A stretch of 63,322 bases of DNA, counting the filler, from Octopus bimaculoides (Eukaryota): assembly GCF_001194135.2 (NCBI RefSeq). It is 4 parts of 4 records of this genome, joined end to end, with 100 filler letters (N's around TTAATTAATTAA, not from the genome) between each part and the next. Parts side by side here need not be neighbours in the genome. Positions count along the whole stretch, not along the records: positions 45,327 to 56,624 come from NC_068982.1; positions 56,725 to 63,322 come from NW_026312941.1; 2 more parts are not named here. One strand, 5' to 3'. Below are positions 52,901 to 63,322 of the stretch, piece after piece. How positions within the stretch are numbered: position 1 is the stretch's first letter; the number at the start of each line of letters is the position of its first letter. The notes under the pieces were generated by a model that was not told the origin of the DNA, did not search any database, and saw nothing but the letters and a program-made list of their open reading frames with translations. The position numbers were made by a program, and so were the translations under genes.

Positions 52901-53399
52901 TAGTTGATGAAAACCCATTAAGGTTTGAAAATCAATTAAGGCTTTTCATCATTTTCTCAATCTTTGGAGAAACAGCTAAATCAGCCCTGTTTATATATAT
53001 CTACTGCATTGGTTCCATATATAATAGTGGTGGTGTCAGGTATGTGCACACCTTGGCTACCACTAAGTAATTCTATCAAAATCAAATGGATGAGTGAGAG
53101 GTAGACCTGGTGATATCATAAAATACATATTGAGACTCCAATAAATTAATGTATTGTTTGCTTACCTACTCACACACCCTTTCCAATTCTCTGTTCAACT
53201 TCTCTTATATTCATCTTCCTGTATCTTCCCTAACACCTCATCACCACCATCGTCTCTTTTTATTTAAGTGTGGTAGCTATGTGTCTTCCTACTGCAAGAT
53301 ATCTTGTTTCTGTCTCTCTGTCATATTTTAACCTCTCAATACTTAGCATAAAGCCACCTTCCTCAATACTACACCCCAACTCAGCTGAGTGAGGATGTA

Positions 53400-53600
53400 G
53401 TATTGAAAATTACCTGGTAACCTCACTAGTGCCAGCAACACAACAGAAGCACTCAATCCACTCTGGAAAATGGTTGGCGTCAGGAAAAGCATCCAGCTGT
53501 AGAAACCATTCCAAAGCAGTTGTCTGGTTCTCCAGATCCTGTGAAACCATCCAATCCATGTCAGCATGGAAAACAGATGTTAAATACTGACGATGGTGAT
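53400..53600 (+). mobile_element. RTE-related 3' tail, diverged
   Basis: atggttggcgtcaggaaaagcatccagctgtagaaac...cagcatggaaaacagatgttaaa. Confidence 0.7.
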
Positions 53601-53769
53601 AATGTGTGCAAGAACTGGAGGTGTTGGATTAACTTAGTTTAATATTTATCCCCACTTAAACATGGATGTTCTATTAGAACAAACTATACTGCATTAAAGC
53701 TGGCAACTAGAGGAGAAGACTGTCCTCTCAACCAATATTCTGCTGTGGGTGCTGCTGGATGATGGACTC

Positions 53770-54010
53770 TGGTGATGATGTTATTCCACGCTTTGTGATC
53801 CATGGTACTGACCTTAGCATGCTTGAGATCAAGGCATTGTGACTTCAGGTCTTCCTCAATTTATTTTTCCCATGTCTTCTTTGGTGTGCTATGCTGGAGT
53901 CTCCAATGCATGAATTGCTGCCACCACAAAAGTTAGTGTGGTAGTCTTCCGGTGCTCATCTTGCAGACATGGTCAAACCACTGTAGATATCATGAGAGAA
54001 CATCCACATT
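53770..54010 (-). pseudogene. Decayed RTE-type LINE C-terminal fragment
   Basis: LQWFDHVCKMSTGRLP...PKKTWEK*IEEDLK...DHKAW matches the LRWFGHV.RM..RLP...P.KTW...DL...DR..W pattern. Confidence 0.65.
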
Positions 54011-54541
54011 TAAGTGAGCATAAATATTACTTCTCAATATTAATACTGCCTCTGTTGCTAATATATATTCTTTAACTTAGTTTAAATGCTTAAAAGCATC
54101 ACTAAATACTGGGATTTTTAATTTATTTTTGCTGCATTTCTGCAACATGTTAATTCCCCTATTGGCCTTCTTTAACTGTAGTTTGGCCTCACAAGGTAAA
54201 AATGCAATTTGTTTAACACCAGAACACAAAGAAGACATTGCAAATGAGAAGTGACAACTGTCCCAGCTAGTTTATTGTTTGCAGAGAAGCGGACAGACTA
54301 TATAATTGATGTAGTTAAGATGAATGATATTAGAGTTATAATACTGAGGTTATTGTCAGGCAACAAGATATCATTGTAATCTTGATATTTGCCATGCAAA
54401 CAGGTTTAACAAACAAAGAAGAGAAGAGTTAGGGTTTACAAGCTTTCACCACCCCTTCCCACTGACTAACAGATTGATTGCTTTACTGTGACCAGAGTTA
54501 AAGTACTGAAAGTACTTCATCATCATCATCCTCATAATGAT

Positions 54542-54760
54542 AATAATCCTTTCTACTGTAAGCACAAGGCCTGAGATTTCGGGGAAGGGGTAAGTTGATT
54601 ACATCAAACCCAGTGCTTGACTGATACTTATTTCATTGATCCTGAAAAGATAAAAGGCAAAGTAGACTTCAGCAGAATTTGAACTCAGAACGTAAAGACT
54701 GACAAAATGCCATTAAGCATTTTGTCTGGCATGTTAACAATTCTACCAACTCAAAGCCTT
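54542..54760 (-). mobile_element. SINE family B, CpG-eroded
   Basis: aaggcaaagtagacttcagcagaatttgaactcagaacg. Confidence 0.8.
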
Positions 54761-54824
54761 GCATAATAATAATGATAATAAATAATAATGATAATAATAA
54801 TAATAATAATAATAAATAATAATG

Positions 54825-54856
<32 letters not shown>

Positions 54857-54857
54857 T

Positions 54858-55123
54858 AAGGCAAATAGACCAGATATAGTTATCAAAGATCATGAAGGAA
54901 AAAAATGCTTTCTAATTGATGTATCAATACCAGCAGATGACAACGTTTCTCGAAAAGAAATGGAAAAACTTTCAAAATACAAAGACCTGGAAATAGAGAT
55001 AACTCGAATGTGGAGTCTAAAAACAGAAACAATTCCTATCATAGTAGGTGCCTTAGGTATAATAAAAAAATACTCAGACAAATACATAACAAAAATACCA
55101 GGACTTACAAATATATGTAACAT
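54858..55123 (+). mobile_element. 5'-truncated R4/Dong element, copy 2 (RLE domain), starting at (AAT)n
   Basis: ANRPDIVIKDHEGKKCFLIDVSIPADDNVSRKEMEKLSKY carries the PD..D..K..KY RLE motif. About 4 differences from copy 1 over the ~160 shared bp. Confidence 0.9.
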
Positions 55124-55547
55124 NNNNNNNNNNNNNNNNNNNNNNNNNNNNNNNNNNNNNNNNNNNNNNNNNNNNNNNNNNNNNNNNNNNNNNNNNNNNN
55201 NNNNNNNNNNNNNNNNNNNNNNNNNNNNNNNNNNNNNNNNNNNNNNNNNNNNNNNNNNNNNNNNNNNNNNNNNNNNNNNNNNNNNNNNNNNNNNNNNNNN
55301 NNNNNNNNNNNNNNNNNNNNNNNNNNNNNNNNNNNNNNNNNNNNNNNNNNNNNNNNNNNNNNNNNNNNNNNNNNNNNNNNNNNNNNNNNNNNNNNNNNNN
55401 NNNNNNNNNNNNNNNNNNNNNNNNNNNNNNNNNNNNNNNNNNNNNNNNNNNNNNNNNNNNNNNNNNNNNNNNNNNNNNNNNNNNNNNNNNNNNNNNNNNN
55501 NNNNNNNNNNNNNNNNNNNNNNNNNNNNNNNNNNNNNNNNNNNNNNN

Positions 55548-56016
55548 GGTATAAAAGATGGGCTACAGCAAATATTCTGCTTAATACCACAGATTTGCTT
55601 GTCAGTTGTTTGACCTTAACCAGTTGAGCATGTCCCTTGGTGGCTGACGATATGTGCATCTCTGATCATGAGCAGAAGTAGTGGGGGAGCATCATAGCTA
55701 TTTGTTGAAAGGAATTCTTTGGAGTTTGAATAATTCACCTCTGGAAACATGGGTGTTTCATTCAACATCCTTAAACAAACCTTATTCAGGGATCTTTTGA
55801 GCAGGATGGGCTACTTAACCTGAAGAAAATTCTAACTGGACCCCAGCTGCAAGGTCATATGCTGTTTATCTTGATATAAGATCACCACATCATGCACATA
55901 TGGTTGTGATGCATGTGCCTACGTACCCTTATCAGACAGGTAGTCATGATGGGTATAATGGGCTTCATGTATTTTACCCCAGTGTCACTTTGATGACATG
56001 CACTGCTCTCTCATTC
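55548..56016 (+). mobile_element. Element X, copy 2, ending in (AAT)n
   Basis: Reverse complement of 62244-62700; ends catgcactgctctctcattc-aataataat. Confidence 0.88.
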
Positions 56017-56054
56017 AATAATAATAATAGTAATCACCAATAATGATAATAATA

Positions 56055-56278
56055 GTAATAATGGTTTCAAATGTTGGCACAAGGCCAGCAATTTTGAGTG
56101 AAAGGGACAAATCAATTACATCTATCCCAGTTCTTGACTGTTTATTTTATCAGCCCTAAAAGGATGAAAAGCAAAGTTGACCTCAGTGAAATTTGAACTC
56201 AGAATGAAAATTTCCAGGAGAAATGCTGCTCAGCACTTTGTTCTCATGCTCTTGTGATTTTGTTAGTTTGCCACCTTA
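56055..56278 (-). mobile_element. SINE family B, CpG-eroded
   Basis: ggatgaaaagcaaagttgacctcagtgaaatttgaactcagaatg. Confidence 0.75.
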
Positions 56279-56394
56279 ATAATGATAATAATAGAAAGTT
56301 AAAGAAGTGATTTTAAATTCTCAATCGCAGAATAATGCTAATAATATAGCCTGAACAGGATAAACTATCCCTATTTTGCAGAGAAAAGTGTAGG

Positions 56395-56469
56395 TGGCTA
56401 GCTGTGGACTCGAACTCACATCCCTGTGATTACATGTCACGATGCTTTGACCGATTAAGCTAAGCTACC
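56395..56469 (-). tRNA. tRNA-Thr(TGT)-like pseudo-tRNA or repeat head
   Basis: GGTAGCT-TA-GCTT(AATCGGTCA)AAGC-...GTGA(CATGTAA)TCAC-...GTGAG(TTCGAGT)CCAC-AGCTAGC. A and B boxes are present. U33A, an acceptor-stem mismatch and a T-stem deletion argue against function in translation. Confidence 0.5.
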
Positions 56470-56624
56470 CACTACAAATTCCTCTGCAAATTAAGATATA
56501 TAAATCTCGCTCTATGAGACGCTCTCATATGTTAAATTCAAATTATGACAAACGTAAATAAACAAACGAAATTTGCTTTTAGAAGCATTGAGATGTCTTT
56601 TAGAAAGTTAAAGAAGTGATTTTA

Positions 56625-56724
56625 NNNNNNNNNNNNNNNNNNNNNNNNNNNNNNNNNNNNNNNNNNNNTTAATTAATTAANNNNNNNNNNNNNNNNNNNN
56701 NNNNNNNNNNNNNNNNNNNNNNNN
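56625..56724. other. Synthetic 100-bp assembly spacer
   Basis: 44 N + TTAATTAATTAA (56669-56680) + 44 N. Confidence 0.95.
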
Positions 56725-57364
56725 ATATATATATATATATATATATATAAAATGATCGTTATCATTAGAACTCAGCCGAGTTCTGTAATTTACAGAGCCA
56801 AGCACTACATGATCGTTAACAGAGAGATTCTGGTGTTACTATAAATCTCGAAAATCAACGGAATTGGCCATTCCTGGGACGACTCGTATATTAATTAAAG
56901 TCACATTTAGCTGAAACAGTTGACACCATGTATATATAATTTATATCATTCCCCTACATCCCCACATACGCACACACCCACGCACCCACGGAGGGAAAGA
57001 CATGCACACGCAAACACATCATTTATAATCGCATATAGTCACGGATTATGTAACAGTTACATGAAAAGAAGGAATATATATTGGAGAGCAAAGTTTAATA
57101 ATATCCAGAGTACCTATAAGCGTGCATGTTCGATATGTAATCAATCTTTATATATACTCCTCCTTACTCATATATTCATACTCTACCACACTGTTCCATG
57201 CAGTCCCGCATCTATGTAGTCTCAGGTCGGAGTGATTTTAAAATTATGACTGACAAACACCCACTCTCAAGATTTCCTCATAGGAAACGAGTATCTATGA
57301 CGAGATCAAAAAGAATTTTATTTATCGGTCGTAACGGAAGAATACGTTGAAATCTATGTTATTA

Positions 57365-57396
<32 letters not shown>

Positions 57397-58172
57397 TTTC
57401 GTTAAATTAATAGCGTTCAGCACAGCCATCAGCACTGCCATTACAGCCACAACTGAATTATACACATAATTGAGAAAATATGCTTTCCTTGGATGCCATA
57501 CACTGACCTATTCGTTACGTATAGTATTATAAAGTTAATCTCAAATATTCAAAAATAAAATATCATTAGCCAATAACTAATGTTAATTTAATTCATTAGC
57601 TAAAATATGTTAATTTTTACGTTGAGCTGTGTACAATATTTATAAAACAATTTCGTGGTACCCAAAGTAATTGCCTAAATAGCTATGAGATTACGTTTCT
57701 CTGAAGAGGATTGATAACAACGAAACATGTCTGGCGTTGTCTCCTCCATTCACTTCAGTAATTAAAATAATAGTAATCAATGAGTTAATCTAATCTTTTC
57801 CACGTGATGAAATTATTTCTTATTAGCAGATTAATACACATCAGATTTCATATGGTAATAACAAGCAATTAGATGAAATGATCAAGTTAAAGTTAAACAC
57901 ATCCTCCATTAACTGGTGGTAAATCCAGAGACACTACGCGAAACATCGAACATATCGTTGATATATTTTTATCACTATCGTTTCATTTTATCTTCAGCTC
58001 TGAAGAATTACTAATAAAGTTTCCACTATGGTTTCCTGAGTGCCATATATTTTCAGGCTCGAATTTATTTGCGTAATCTTTAACTTATAAAATTGTAATG
58101 GGCTGGTGGGTTATATTTGAAAGTAAGAGGATGGAGGGAGAAGACTGATGCAAGGTGGATGTAACTTACTTA

Positions 58173-58406
58173 GGTGGCGAGCTGGCAGAATCGTTAGCAC
58201 GCCGGGCGAAATGCTTAGCGGTATTTTGTCTGCCGTTACGTTCTGAGTTCAAATTCCGCCGAGGTCGACTTTGCCTTTCATCCTTTCGGGGTCGATTAAG
58301 TAAGTTCCAGTTACGTACTGAGGTCGATCATAATCGATTTAATTCGTTTGTCTGTCCTTGTTTGTTCCCTCTGTGTGCAGCCCCCTGTGGGCAGTAAGGA
58401 AATAAG
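58173..58406 (+). mobile_element. SINE family B, full length, CpG intact
   Basis: ggtggcgagctggcagaatcgttagc...gagttcaaattccgccgaggtcgac...aaggaaataag. Confidence 0.92.
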
Positions 58407-58658
58407 ATGGAAGGTAACTGATAAGAGAGAGAGAGAAAGAGAGAAAGAGAGAGAGAGAGAGAGAAGAGAGTGAGTGAAAAAGAGAGAGAAAAAGGAGAGA
58501 GATAGAGAGAAGGGTTGTTATAGAATTGTTATAGCTAAGTAAAAGCCTAACATGAAATGGTCGGAGAGTTGGTAACATTACGACAGATGTCATGCAGAGA
58601 GATGCATGCTACCGCAAATTACCCAGATTCACAAGCGTACATACTGTGTGTATGTGTG

Positions 58659-58724
<66 letters not shown>

Positions 58725-58825
58725 GTACCCATACACACGCACACACACACACACGCACACACACACACACGCCCACAGCACTTCACGCGTGCATCACTTA
58801 TTCTCACTCTAACTCTCACCACAAC

Positions 58826-58868
<43 letters not shown>

Positions 58869-59116
58869 ACACACTCAAACACATATACACAGTCACACAA
58901 ACACATGCACAAACGCATTCACTCGTACACGCAACCAATAAGCAACTACATAAACATTATTGCAGAAGACGACTGAAGAAAATAATGTGTGTTCGTATTA
59001 TGTGAGTGTGCCTATGCGTATACTCGTACACACATGCAAGCATGCATATATATATATACGTTTATATATATATACATTCATTTCTATCTATGCATCTATC
59101 TATTTCTCTCTCTCTC

Positions 59117-59170
<54 letters not shown>

Positions 59171-59639
59171 NNNNNNNNNNNNNNNNNNNNNNNNNNNNNN
59201 NNNNNNNNNNNNNNNNNNNNNNNNNNNNNNNNNNNNNNNNNNNNNNNNNNNNNNNNNNNNNNNNNNNNNNNNNNNNNNNNNNNNNNNNNNNNNNNNNNNN
59301 NNNNNNNNNNNNNNNNNNNNNNNNNNNNNNNNNNNNNNNNNNNNNNNNNNNNNNNNNNNNNNNNNNNNNNNNNNNNNNNNNNNNNNNNNNNNNNNNNNNN
59401 NNNNNNNNNNNNNNNNNNNNNNNNNNNNNNNNNNNNNNNNNNNNNNNNNNNNNNNNNNNNNNNNNNNNNNNNNNNNNNNNNNNNNNNNNNNNNNNNNNNN
59501 NNNNNNNNNNNNNNNNNNNNNNNNNNNNNNNNNNNNNNNNNNNNNNNNNNNNNNNNNNNNNNNNNNNNNNNNNNNNNNNNNNGTATATATATATGTATGT
59601 ATATATAGTTCAAAAAAGGAAAAAGATTAAAAAAACAAC

Positions 59640-59795
59640 ATAAAACAACAACGTGAGGACGTGATACAGATTGTGTTACTAGACGCTCGGGAAATGAAAG
59701 AAAGAGAATTTGACGTTTCGAGTGGAGCTCTTCGTCGGAAACAAAGAAAGTCCAAAGAAGAGAAAGACGGAGGAAGAAAAAATCGCCAACGATAG
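59640..59795 (-). mobile_element. Penelope-like terminal repeat fragment next to (TA)n
   Basis: Contains a minimal hammerhead; layout gacgctcgggaa...acgtttcgag...ctctt is shared with 2400-2470. Confidence 0.65.
59708..59742 (-). ncRNA. Minimal type I hammerhead ribozyme motif (Penelope type)
   Basis: gttt-CCGACGA-a-gag(ctcca)ctc-GAAA-cg-TC-aaat. Palindromic ACGT helix III as in PLE hammerheads; U4C core. Confidence 0.65.
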
Positions 59796-60161
59796 TCAAA
59801 AGGAAGAGGGAGTACGATTCAACAGCTGTTTAATGGTTTAATGACCACTAGACATGTTTCGATACATTTTTCACACACGTGGCATGCCTAAGCCTAGAAA
59901 TGGTAGTATACTGTAATGGTGACACTGAACGAACCGGGTATTTTCACACCTTATTACCATAAAAGAGATATGTTCCCCCCGGTAACTGCAGTGTATATGC
60001 CTTTTAGCCGTTGAAAAACATTGACAAACATATTTCAAATTGCCGAATTCTGCTGATGCCTAAACACTGCTCAACTCTTACACTTCATTATATATATGTT
60101 AGTGTGCATGTGTATGTATGTATGTNNNNNNNNNNTAGTGTGCATGTGTATGTATGTATGT

Positions 60162-60211
<50 letters not shown>

Positions 60212-60344
60212 GAGAGCTTGTCTGTTTGTTGGTCTCTCTATCTATCTACGCTTCTCTGTCTCTATAAATATACTTATACAGGGAAGAGATAAATTTCCAT
60301 AACAGTCTTTAAGCAAAATTCAAAAGCAATATCTAGATATTTGT

Positions 60345-61345
60345 ACATACATTTATTCAACCTCATATATCCTATTTTGTTCGAATATTTTTTGTCGTCG
60401 TTGAACCAGCATCATGATCTGAGACTCCCAGAAATTGTCGTTTTTCTGGCTCATCAACAAGTCGAAGTGGCTTTTTAGACTTCCAAAATTTGAAGCCGTT
60501 AACATTAAAGAAATTCTATAAGGATCAAAATAAGTGGTAATCTGAAGTTTTATGTGTTTAGTGGGTAGAGTAGGACATCGCAGCCAAGATGTACATATTT
60601 CTGTTGGGTTTCTAAGGAAGCATGAAGTCTAGCGTTGTTCTGAACGAAGATAACACTCATGCCATTGGTCAATTTCGAGCGTTTTTCATTGATTTCATCC
60701 ACTAAGCAGTCTAATCGGGAACAATAATTGTCTAAGTTCAACGTTAATTTTGCAGCAGGAGCTGATTAGACACAATCCCACGAAATACTGTGCATTAATC
60801 TCTTCGGATACCGATAATCCTTTGGAGTGATTAGACGTGTTTCATTTCGTTTTTCTAGAACCATTTTCATTCCACATTATTTTAAACAATTCAAATTTTA
60901 TCACATGTGATCTATTAAAAAATAGGACGTTTTTGTTACGTTTTAACAGAGAATCGTAGATAGAAATGCGGTCCACTAAATTAAATTATGAGGCACCCAA
61001 ACATCATGGTAATTCACGTATCCATGCTTTTTTGAAATGGCATATAGCGCTCTTATGTAGAGTAACTCTATGATGTCTCGTGATATGTGACCTGGATTAT
61101 TTTTGATTAGCGTTACGACCTGACAAACTCAAACAACTGCAGGCTTGCCAGAACATTACAAGTCTTCCAGAACAAAATTGTCACTCCTAAACCTAGCGAA
61201 CCACTTAAAAAGAGACCTCGCAGATATGTCATTACCTCCATAAACCGTTCTTTTTTTTTTTTCGCCACTTGTACTACATTTTTCCCTTCCGGAAATAAAA
61301 GAACGTCAAACGATAAAAATGCATCTCATTTTCTTTCATTTTCAC
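60345..61345 (-). mobile_element. Decayed, nearly full-length mariner transposase
   Basis: MKENEMHF..FFYFRKGKN, KWFARFRSDNF, KHGYVNYHDVWVPHNL, QNNARLHASLETQQK and IMMLVQRRQKIFEQN occur in mariner order, with frameshifts and stops. Confidence 0.85.
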
Positions 61346-61489
61346 TTTTACTATAACAACACTAGAGTCAAACTGTCCACACAATAATCGAATTGAGAAA
61401 CTTTTTAAAACGTTACCCTCCCCCAAAAATATGTCATGTGAGAAACAAAATCATGCGTCTTAAACACACCACACATACACACACACACG

Positions 61490-61527
<38 letters not shown>

Positions 61528-61954
61528 GTGCAATTATCCTGGTCGTATAACAAGGTTGATGTCACTCTTTATCACATTTGGCAAGTCAGNNNNNNNNNNN
61601 NNNNNNNNNNNNNNNNNNNNNNNNNNNNNNNNNNNNNNNNNNNNNNNNNNNNNNNNNNNNNNNNNNNNNNNNNNNNNNNNNNNNNNNNNNNNNNNNNNNN
61701 NNNNNNNNNNNNNNNNNNNNNNNNNNNNNNNNNNNNNNNNNNNNNNNNNNNNNNNNNNNNNNNNNNNNNNNNNNNNNNNNNNNNNNNNNNNNNNNNNNNN
61801 NNNNNNNNNNNNNNNNNNNNNNNNNNNNNNNNNNNNNNNNNNNNNNNNNNNNNNNNNNNNNNNNNNNNNNNNNNNNNNNNNNNNNNNNNNNNNNNNNNNN
61901 NNNNNNNNNNNNNNNNNNNNNNNNNNNNNNNNNNNNNNNNNNNNNNNNNNNNNN

Positions 61955-62004
<50 letters not shown>

Positions 62005-62202
62005 ATGTGCGTGTGTGTGCGTATATATGTGTGTGGATGTGTGCGTGAATGTGTGTACAAACACACGCATATATCTATGTCGATATATAGACAGAATTCT
62101 ATCCGTGTGAGTATGCTTCGTGATAGTTTAAAAATTGGTGAATGTGAATGTATTTACCACATGTATGTGTGTTTGTGTATGTGTGTGTGTGTGAGTGTGC
62201 AT

Positions 62203-62243
<41 letters not shown>

Positions 62244-62781
62244 GAGTGAGACAGTAGTACATGCCATCAAAGTGACACTGGGACACAAATATACGAAGCC
62301 CATTATACCCATCATGACTACCCGTCTGATAAGGGTACACTAGGCACATGCATCACAACCATATGTGCGCGACATGGTGAATCTCGTATCAAGATAAACA
62401 GAGCATGACCTCGCAGGTGGGGCCTAGTTAGAATTTTCTTCAGGTCAAAAGGTCCCTGAATAAGGTTTGTTTAAGGATGTTGACAAAAACACCCATGTTT
62501 CCAAAAGTGAATTATTCAAACCCCAAAGAATTCGTCTCAACACATGGCTATGATGCTCCTCCACTACTTCTGCTCATGATCAGAGATGCACATATCAGCC
62601 ACCAATGGACATGCTCAACCGGTTATGGTCAAACAACTGACAAGTAAATCTGTGGTATTGAGCAGAATATTTGCTATAGCCCATTTTTTATACCAAGACA
62701 AAACAATGTACATGATAACACTTCCAATCAATTAAGATCAGAAGCTATGAGAGCCACTGCCTGGTACTGCATCTGGGCATT
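62244..62781 (-). mobile_element. Element X, copy 3, apparently complete (~540 bp)
   Basis: Flanked by (TTA)n on the left and (TAA)n on the right; aligns to copies 1 and 2. Confidence 0.9.
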
Positions 62782-62821
<40 letters not shown>

Positions 62822-62869
62822 GTAGTATTAGTAGTAGTAGTAGTCGTTGTCGTCATCGTCGTCGTCGTC

Positions 62870-62938
<69 letters not shown>
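62782..62938. repeat. Compound (AAT)n/(GTC)n/(TAG)n microsatellite
   Basis: Read directly. Confidence 0.95.
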
Positions 62939-62939
<1 letters not shown>

Positions 62940-63039
62940 AAATAGAAAATCCTTGGTAAAGTATCATATATTTGCAAAGATGAATAAGACTGTTTTTTCT
63001 GATAATTTTACCAGTTTAATAATTAGCCGACTACAAGTC

Positions 63040-63195
63040 AGTAGATGTTTATAAATCGTAGCTGGTGCATATTTTATTGACTCTGAGAAGATGAAATGCA
63101 GAGTAGACCACGGCAGAATTTGAGCCCAAAACATAAAGATGGGCGAAATGCCGCTATGCAGTTTGCCTGGAGCGATAACGATTCTGTCTGCTCGA
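63040..63195 (-). mobile_element. SINE family B, diverged
   Basis: gatgaaatgcagagtagaccacggcagaatttgagcccaaaac...gggcgaaatgccgctatgcag. Confidence 0.7.
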
Positions 63196-63289
63196 ACTGT
63201 AAACACGTAAAGATTTATAACAAACATTATTTATTAAAGTGAAAAAGAAAAGATTACCAGATAAGCCATTCCCATTCGTTTTTCCGTAT

Positions 63290-63322
<33 letters not shown>

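Overview
Eukaryotic, AT-rich, microsatellite-saturated and heavily gapped draft-genome DNA. The repeat content (several tRNA-derived SINE families, RTE and R4/Dong LINE fragments, mariner relics, small MITEs) looks like an octopus genome; this is an inference from repeat style, not a database match. No intact host gene or intact transposon ORF is recognisable, and most ORF-track entries are microsatellite or N artefacts. The best novel candidate is at 34657-35790: a head-to-head array of four ~352-nt monomers, each carrying a type I hammerhead-ribozyme-like motif with a CCGAYGA core at the tip of a long stem. This is the architecture of a non-LTR retrozyme/circRNA family. Two further Penelope-type minimal hammerhead motifs lie at 2435-2470 and 59708-59742. 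Other notable signals: (1) a CpG-eroded block at about 45.5-56.3 kb, bounded by synthetic TTAATTAATTAA assembly spacers, containing a plausible 289-nt minus-strand exon flanked by an inverted pair of near-identical SINEs; (2) a tRNA-Thr-like cloverleaf inside extended inverted flanks in a ~309-bp unit; (3) young (AAT)n-targeted R4/Dong insertions and an unclassified (AAT)n-associated ~540-bp element, one copy of which has spawned an 18-nt minisatellite; (4) two long fold-back elements.
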